The notes below the pieces were generated by a model, which worked only from the letters and a program-made list of their open reading frames with translations, had not been told where the DNA came from and searched no databases. From Trueperaceae bacterium (GTDB lineage: Bacteria; Deinococcota; Deinococci; Deinococcales; Trueperaceae), in the NCBI GenBank assembly GCA_965214405.1, contig OZ243956.1:3200001-3264000 (forward strand): DNA of 64,000 nt, written 5' to 3'. Numbering within the stretch: position 1 is the stretch's first letter; each line of letters starts with the position of its first letter. Both the position numbers and the translations under genes were made by a program. This document shows, one piece after another, positions 58,646 to 64,000 of this stretch.

Positions 58646-61600
58646 CTACTGCGCCGGGGTGATGTTGGTCACCAAGTAGATGTTGTCGTTAAAGTCGTAG
58701 TTGATGCCCGCGTAGTCCATCATCACGAGGTAGGTGTTGGGGATGAGGGCGCCCGCGCGGTCCTTGGCGGGCCAGACGCGCAAGTGATGACCGCACACGA
58801 CCGATGCGTCGTTCTTCTGCGCGTCCAGACACGCCTTGTCGATGTTGCTTTCGCCGCCTGTCCGGTTCATCGTCCAGTCGCTGTATTCGGGGTCGATACG
58901 GAAGCCGAAGACGCTCTGGCTGGGTTTGAACTCGGCGTAACCCGGCGATTTGCTCGAGTCGTTGTTCCGGGGCAAGAACGACTGCCCGTCCTCACCGCGG
59001 TGGGTAAGGCGTCTCTGGCTGGCGGGGGGATCTGAAGGAGAGTTCGCGCTTGTGGCCTGGTTGGTGGTGTAAAAGCTGGCTTGGCTACCCTGTGTGTGCA
59101 ACGCGGCAAGCTGGCGGACCGTCATATTTTTGCTCGGGTCGGCGAGCCTCCAGTAGGGCACGAGAACTTCGTCGCCGATTCGCATGAGTCGCCCGCCGTT
59201 ATTGATGTTTTCGCCGGACTTTCTAATGACCGTGCCGTAGCCAAAGGTCTTCACAACTTCCGAGACGTCGGGCTCTTGCCCGCCCTCTGACACGCTCTGC
59301 CAGAAGCCGCCAAGCTGCACGGTCGTTTTGGGGCCGTTCTTGGCGTCGGAGGTGATGACCAACGCGCCCTCATAAGAGCCGTTGTTCGCGCCGTTGTTTT
59401 GCGCCACAAAGGTGACTTCAATGTCGAGGGAGCCGCCCGCCGCCACCGTGGTGGGGGTGGCGGGGGTGGTCCAGGGGCCGCTGACGGCGATATTGCTGAT
59501 GGTGAGCGGGTCGCTGCCCGTGTTCCTGACGCGCACCGTGGCGCGGTCGTGAACGCCGTTGGGCTTGTCCAGGTTGGGCGTCTGAATCCGGTTGAACGCC
59601 AAGCGGTCAGCGAAGGGCACGCCGTCTAAGTTTTGAAGCGTCACTTCGGCGTTGCTTAGGGCGGGGGGTTTCACTTCTGAGACAGAGAAGTCACTAAAGG
59701 CGAAGTTGATGGCGGGGCTCGAGGCGGCTCTACGGAGAGTGGTAAAGATGCCTGCGAAGCTTCCCTTGCTGTTTGCGCCGTAGTCGATACCTGTGAAGAA
59801 CGCCTGGTTGAGCGCGAGTGAGGTTTGGCCGTTCGCCTCAACGCGCACTTCCGCGCCGCCATTCAGGCGGTAGTAGCCCGTGGCCGTTTTCGTCGCCGGG
59901 TCGAGTTCCAAGATGAGGGTGACGGACTGGGTGGTGATGTTGGCTAAGTCGTTGGAGTCAATCTCTGTCGGCAGCGCGCCGGGGGCGCTCGTGTAGTCTT
60001 CGACCAGGAGCTGAATCTTGCCCGCGGTGTCGCCCGTTTTCGACACGACCAGCTTGGCGTAGTTGTCTTCGTTGAGCCCAAACCAGACACCCGCTTGCTG
60101 CGCGTTACTCCCGGAGGACGCGGCGAAGTTGGGGTTAACGACGGTCGTCTCGACGCGGATTTTGTTCGCGCTTGTGCTCACACCGATGCCGAGCGCGTTG
60201 ATTTGCGAGTTCGTGTCAGAGCTTTGCGCCGGGTCGCGGTACTGGATGCCCTTGCTGCTGCTAAGGGTCAGCGCGCCCCCGCCCACGTTCAACCTGCCAG
60301 GCTCATAGCCGGGAACTTGAGTATTGAACACAGGATTATCGACGCTCAGGCGGGCCGAGGGCGGGTCAACCATCGTAAAGCCGGTGCCGACGCCGTTTTT
60401 GTCTTTCAAGCCGCCTTCGCTGCCATTCCAGGTGAGGCTGTAGGGAAGTGAGACGGCAATCTCGTCACAGGTCAGCGTCGAGCGCGGCGCGCAGCCGATG
60501 GGCGCGGGGAGCGCCACGGGCTTGACGTTGCGGACGATGACGACAATGTCCTGATAATCGAAGCCGCTGGTGGTCTCTTCGGTGGCGATGATGTACGCGT
60601 TCGGGACAACGCCATTGGCGTCTCTTAGCGGATACATGCGCACGTGGTGCGGGATCGCGCCGCCAAAGGTGTTGCGCGCGTCCTCGCTGTAGACCACGCG
60701 GTTGTTAAAGAAGGGCCAGCGCGAGGCGAAGCCGAATGTTTGCGCGCCGGGGTCGAACGAAAACGCGCCGTCGGTGGGGGGCAAGAGGCGCTGCGCGTTT
60801 GTTTTGGGGTTATTTGAGACGGTAAAGAGTTCGTTGAGCGGGCCGCCGACAGGATACCAGCCAAAGGCCGTTACAGGATTGTTCGCGTCCGGACCGAAAA
60901 CCGCCAGCGTATCCACCGTCACCTTGCCCGCGCCCGCTTTTTCGAAGCGCTGCGCCGCAATTTCGTCACCCAACAGGGCCGTGGTCGGCATCGCGTTGTC
61001 GCTGGGGTTGGGGTCGCCGACGGTGACGGGCAGCTCGAGCGCGTCCAAAATCCACTGGAGCGACGGCTCGTTCGCGCCGCCCAAACCCTTGGCGTTGAGA
61101 CCGCGGAGGCTCACCGCAACGGAAGCGCTGTCGGGGTCGTTGGAGCTGACGTTAAGAAGCGCGCCCTTGGGGCCGAGCGTGTTTGGCGAGAAAGATACTT
61201 GCACATCACGCGCCTCATCCGCTTGCAGCGTAAAGGGGAGACTCGTGTTGGCGAGGCTGAACTGCGCTGCGTCGCCACCCGCGAGGCTGAGGCCGGTTAT
61301 CTCGAGGGGGCCGCTGCCGATGTTGCGAAGCGAAAGCGTCTGCACCGCGTTTGCGTTTCCTTGGGTGGTGTAGACGAGCCGCCTGCTGCTCAGTTGCAGG
61401 TCGGGCACCGCCGCGCCCGCCCCGTTACCGAGCAGGTACTTTTCATCAAAGCCAGCCGCGGCCACTGCGATTTTTACGTCATTGAGGCGGCTCAGCGAGC
61501 AGCCGGTGGGCACGTTGGCGGGCAAGCCGCTGCCAATCACAACGACTTTGTCCGTTCCGCTCTTCGCGGCTCTGGCGCACACGTCCGCGGCGCTGTTCGC

Positions 61601-62335
61601 ATCTTCTTCGGCGCTCCGGGTCACCTGGCTGGGACCCTCGACGACAGCGAACGATAGGGTAAAGGAGAAGGGGAACGAAGCCGACTGGGAGGGGTTGTAA
61701 GGGAACTTGATGGCAAAGCTCACCACGCCCTCTTCACCCGCCACGAGCGCCTGACCTCCGGCGCTGTTGTGAACCGAGTAACCGTACTCGAGCAGCGTGC
61801 CAAAAGCAAGCTCTCGCTGGACCTCTGCAACTTGCGCGGCGCTAAAGCCTTGAAAGTCGGCCTCGTCCGCTTTGACGCCTAATCTGCCGCTGTTATCTTC
61901 CATACGGTGCGTGGGCAGAATCGAACGGGCGTAGCTCGCCTCGGTCACGGCTTGGTTGTTGGCGTCTCTCAATTCAGAAATCGCGGTCCCCGCAATCGAC
62001 TGAGCGGTATTGAGCGCGTAGAACGAAAGGTTGTTCACCCTGCTGCTCGAGGTGTTGCCGACCTTGAACGTGCCATAGAGATAGCGCACCCCGTCCTTGT
62101 CGGTCAAACCTTTAGAAAGCGGCGCAAAGGAAAACGCGCTGACGGTGGCTTGGGTTGACAGGTGAGAGGAAGAAGTAGAAAGCTCACCCGAGGCGGGGTC
62201 AACCTGAAAGGTCACGTCAACTTGACCGAGCACCCGCGGCGAAGCGTCTGGAGCAGGGGCAGGCGGCGTGGGACGGGAACGCCCGCAGGCGGTAAGCAGG
62301 AGAACGAGGGCCAAAAAGACGAGCAGTTTTTTCAT
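58646..62335 (-). CDS. Large lipoprotein: shared N-terminal domain, two ASH/choice-of-anchor-D-like Ig domains and a lectin/jelly-roll-like domain
   Basis: Lipobox LTAC; LRNIGSGPLEI...SSNDP and VRNTGSDPLTI...ITSD; FDYQDIV / YDFNDNI motifs. Confidence 0.75.
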   Translation of the reverse strand: MKKLLVFLALVLLLTACGRSRPTPPAPAPDASPRVLGQVDVTFQVDPASGELSTSSSHLSTQATVSAFSFAPLSKGLTDKDGVRYLYGTFKVGNTSSSRVNNLSFYALNTAQSIAGTAISELRDANNQAVTEASYARSILPTHRMEDNSGRLGVKADEADFQGFSAAQVAEVQRELAFGTLLEYGYSVHNSAGGQALVAGEEGVVSFAIKFPYNPSQSASFPFSFTLSFAVVEGPSQVTRSAEEDANSAADVCARAAKSGTDKVVVIGSGLPANVPTGCSLSRLNDVKIAVAAAGFDEKYLLGNGAGAAVPDLQLSSRRLVYTTQGNANAVQTLSLRNIGSGPLEITGLSLAGGDAAQFSLANTSLPFTLQADEARDVQVSFSPNTLGPKGALLNVSSNDPDSASVAVSLRGLNAKGLGGANEPSLQWILDALELPVTVGDPNPSDNAMPTTALLGDEIAAQRFEKAGAGKVTVDTLAVFGPDANNPVTAFGWYPVGGPLNELFTVSNNPKTNAQRLLPPTDGAFSFDPGAQTFGFASRWPFFNNRVVYSEDARNTFGGAIPHHVRMYPLRDANGVVPNAYIIATEETTSGFDYQDIVVIVRNVKPVALPAPIGCAPRSTLTCDEIAVSLPYSLTWNGSEGGLKDKNGVGTGFTMVDPPSARLSVDNPVFNTQVPGYEPGRLNVGGGALTLSSSKGIQYRDPAQSSDTNSQINALGIGVSTSANKIRVETTVVNPNFAASSGSNAQQAGVWFGLNEDNYAKLVVSKTGDTAGKIQLLVEDYTSAPGALPTEIDSNDLANITTQSVTLILELDPATKTATGYYRLNGGAEVRVEANGQTSLALNQAFFTGIDYGANSKGSFAGIFTTLRRAASSPAINFAFSDFSVSEVKPPALSNAEVTLQNLDGVPFADRLAFNRIQTPNLDKPNGVHDRATVRVRNTGSDPLTISNIAVSGPWTTPATPTTVAAGGSLDIEVTFVAQNNGANNGSYEGALVITSDAKNGPKTTVQLGGFWQSVSEGGQEPDVSEVVKTFGYGTVIRKSGENINNGGRLMRIGDEVLVPYWRLADPSKNMTVRQLAALHTQGSQASFYTTNQATSANSPSDPPASQRRLTHRGEDGQSFLPRNNDSSKSPGYAEFKPSQSVFGFRIDPEYSDWTMNRTGGESNIDKACLDAQKNDASVVCGHHLRVWPAKDRAGALIPNTYLVMMDYAGINYDFNDNIYLVTNITPAQ

Positions 62336-62412
62336 AGAACGTCCAAACCGGCAGGGGTGCCTAAGCGAGAGGGGTGGGTGGGCTGACGAGACATAGAACC
62401 TCCTGGAGAAGT
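62049..62412. repeat. Direct repeat copy 2 (364 bp)
   Basis: See copy 1 at 58102-58465. Confidence 0.92.
62332..62394 (-). CDS. 20-aa leader ORF, identical second copy
   Basis: Same RBS, sequence and ATGA overlap as 58385..58447. Confidence 0.55.
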   Translation of the reverse strand: MSRQPTHPSRLGTPAGLDVL

Positions 62413-62456
62413 TTCAAGTATTGTGCTCAAGAAGGCGTTTCGTGAGCGTTCCACTC

Positions 62457-62487
62457 AAAAAGCCGCGGCGCAAGGTGCGCCGCGGCT
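62457..62487 (-). terminator. Intrinsic terminator of the 62538 gene
   Basis: AGCCGCGGCGCA-AGG-TGCGCCGCGGCT, followed by TTTT on the minus strand. Confidence 0.8.
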
Positions 62488-62537
62488 CGTGTCTTAGAAG
62501 CTGCAAATCTTAGTTATGTTCAGAAGCTATGTGGATG

Positions 62538-64000
62538 TCAGCCTCCAATCCCCACGCCAAAGGCGATATTAACTTTGACCGAGCCAGTGACCGTAGCCTT
62601 GCCGTCGGAGACGGTGTAGGTAAAGGTGTCCACCACGTTGAAGCTTGCCGGGGCCGTGTAGACGATTTTGCCGCCCTCAATCTTGGCGCTGCCGAGAGCC
62701 GGGGTGCTGACGCCTGTAAGGGTGAGGGTGTCGTTGTCGGCGTCGGTGTCGTTGGCGAGCACGTCGATGGTGATGGTTTTGTTTTGGTTGGTGGTTCTCT
62801 CGTCGGCGTTGGCGACCGGGGCGGTGTTGCTGGGGGTGGGCGCGCCGCCGCTAAAGGCGTAGGTGCAGGTGTGGGTCTCGGCGCTGGGCACGGTGCAGGT
62901 GACGGACGCGCTGCTGGGTTTTCCCTGGGCGGTGTAGACCAGGCTGTAGCTTGAAGCGCGCGACATCATGAGCGAGGCGCTCCAGGTGCCTGAGCCGCGG
63001 CTAACGAGGTTGACGACGGTGCTCTGCGCGCCGCCCTGGGGCGTAACGGCGACTTGCACGCCGCCCGTGCTCGGCACGTTGGTCGCTTGAAGCGTGACCT
63101 TGCTCAAGTCCTTGCCCGTGTCAATCACGACGTCTACGTCCGTGTCGGTGTCCGGCGCGGGCTTCGCGGTAACTGTAACGGTGCCGCTGGCGCTCGTCTG
63201 GTTGCCCGCCGCGTCTTTCACAGTCACGACAAAGGTGTTGTCGCCGCTCACGCTGTAGCTGTGGGTATAGCTCCGGTTGACGCTGCCGCCGCCTATGTCA
63301 AACGTCTCGGTGCTGTCGTCACCCCAGGCGATTTTGAGGCTGCGGAGATCGCTGTTGGCGTCGGTCACGCTGACGCCCAACGAGAAGGTCGCGTCAACCT
63401 CGACTTGCGGCGCGTAGGTGAGCGTGGGCGTGGCGGGGGCGGGCGTGGTGACGGCGTTCAACGTCACGGTCACGTCCGCGCCGCCCTCGGAAAGAGTAAA
63501 CGAGGTGCTGCCCTGGCGGGTATGCGTGCCGCCTTCAAAGCCGTCGACCTGGAGCGAAAGGTCGCTGCCCGTCGCCACGCCGACGACCGTGCCGGTGGCT
63601 GTGCTCCCGTTAAGCACGAGGCGCTGCTCGAGCCCGCCCACTTTGGCAATGAGAACCTCCGACGCGGGTCCTAAGTTGGACGCGGTGATTCTGACGTTGC
63701 CCGTCAAGCGGTCCATCTTCATGTCCACACTCGTCGTGTCGGCGTCCACGGTGACGCTCTGGCTGCCCTTATAAAGCACCACGTTCGCGCCGCTAAGCCC
63801 GCGCGCGACGAGCGTGTGAGAGCCAAAAGCCACATCTTTAAGGGTGAGGCTGGCGGTGCCGCCGCTGACGGTCGCGCTTTGAGCTTCGCCGCCGTCTAAG
63901 CTAAGCGTGACTTTAGTGACTTGCGACGGCAGCGCCATAATATGCACGGCCACGCTGTCGGCCACTTTGTCGCTGGAGCCGCTCTCGGTCGGGCGTTGCG
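62538..64000 (-). CDS. Ig/PKD-domain surface protein (5' end lies beyond the window)
   Basis: PKD-like IAWGDD...HSY...VTVKDAAGN; C-terminal NTAPVANAD...DVLANDTDAD...DTFTYTVSDG (Big_9-like); frame stays open to position 64000. Confidence 0.75.
   Translation of the reverse strand, partial: QRPTESGSSDKVADSVAVHIMALPSQVTKVTLSLDGGEAQSATVSGGTASLTLKDVAFGSHTLVARGLSGANVVLYKGSQSVTVDADTTSVDMKMDRLTGNVRITASNLGPASEVLIAKVGGLEQRLVLNGSTATGTVVGVATGSDLSLQVDGFEGGTHTRQGSTSFTLSEGGADVTVTLNAVTTPAPATPTLTYAPQVEVDATFSLGVSVTDANSDLRSLKIAWGDDSTETFDIGGGSVNRSYTHSYSVSGDNTFVVTVKDAAGNQTSASGTVTVTAKPAPDTDTDVDVVIDTGKDLSKVTLQATNVPSTGGVQVAVTPQGGAQSTVVNLVSRGSGTWSASLMMSRASSYSLVYTAQGKPSSASVTCTVPSAETHTCTYAFSGGAPTPSNTAPVANADERTTNQNKTITIDVLANDTDADNDTLTLTGVSTPALGSAKIEGGKIVYTAPASFNVVDTFTYTVSDGKATVTGSVKVNIAFGVGIGG

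Overview
GC-rich chromosomal window from a Deinococcota bacterium, most likely Trueperaceae-like. This is inferred from the Arg-type EF-P loop, the efp-accB-accC-asp23-nusB-folD order, leaderless TANNNT promoters and the lipoprotein types. About 50 CDS are supportable. Housekeeping genes are ddl, carD, msrA, a lysA-like gene, efp, accBC, nusB and folD. Transporters include an osmoprotectant ABC system, an MMPL and LolD/FtsX-type ABC, a TRAP system and an EamA protein. There is also a GT4/GT4/GH130 cluster, a vWA-Ser/Thr kinase-FHA-PP2C signalling operon, and tandem secreted or lipoprotein paralogs. No rRNA, tRNA, CRISPR array or transposase was seen. The most notable observations are: (1) an AT-rich two-gene ABC-ATPase + TOPRIM-like (DUF4276-like) insertion, a candidate anti-phage system; (2) a promoter, nested hairpin and U-tract leader in front of a deoxyhypusine-synthase-like polyamine gene next to efp; (3) a pair of divergent SPFH coiled-coil membrane proteins; (4) a kinase carrying a ribosomal L7/L12-CTD-like domain; (5) strong over-representation of the palindrome CTCGAG; and (6) two large lipoprotein genes sharing a ~364-bp near-identical 5' block that contains an unannotated, translationally coupled 20-aa leader ORF. 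All assignments come from motif recognition by eye; no database searches were run.
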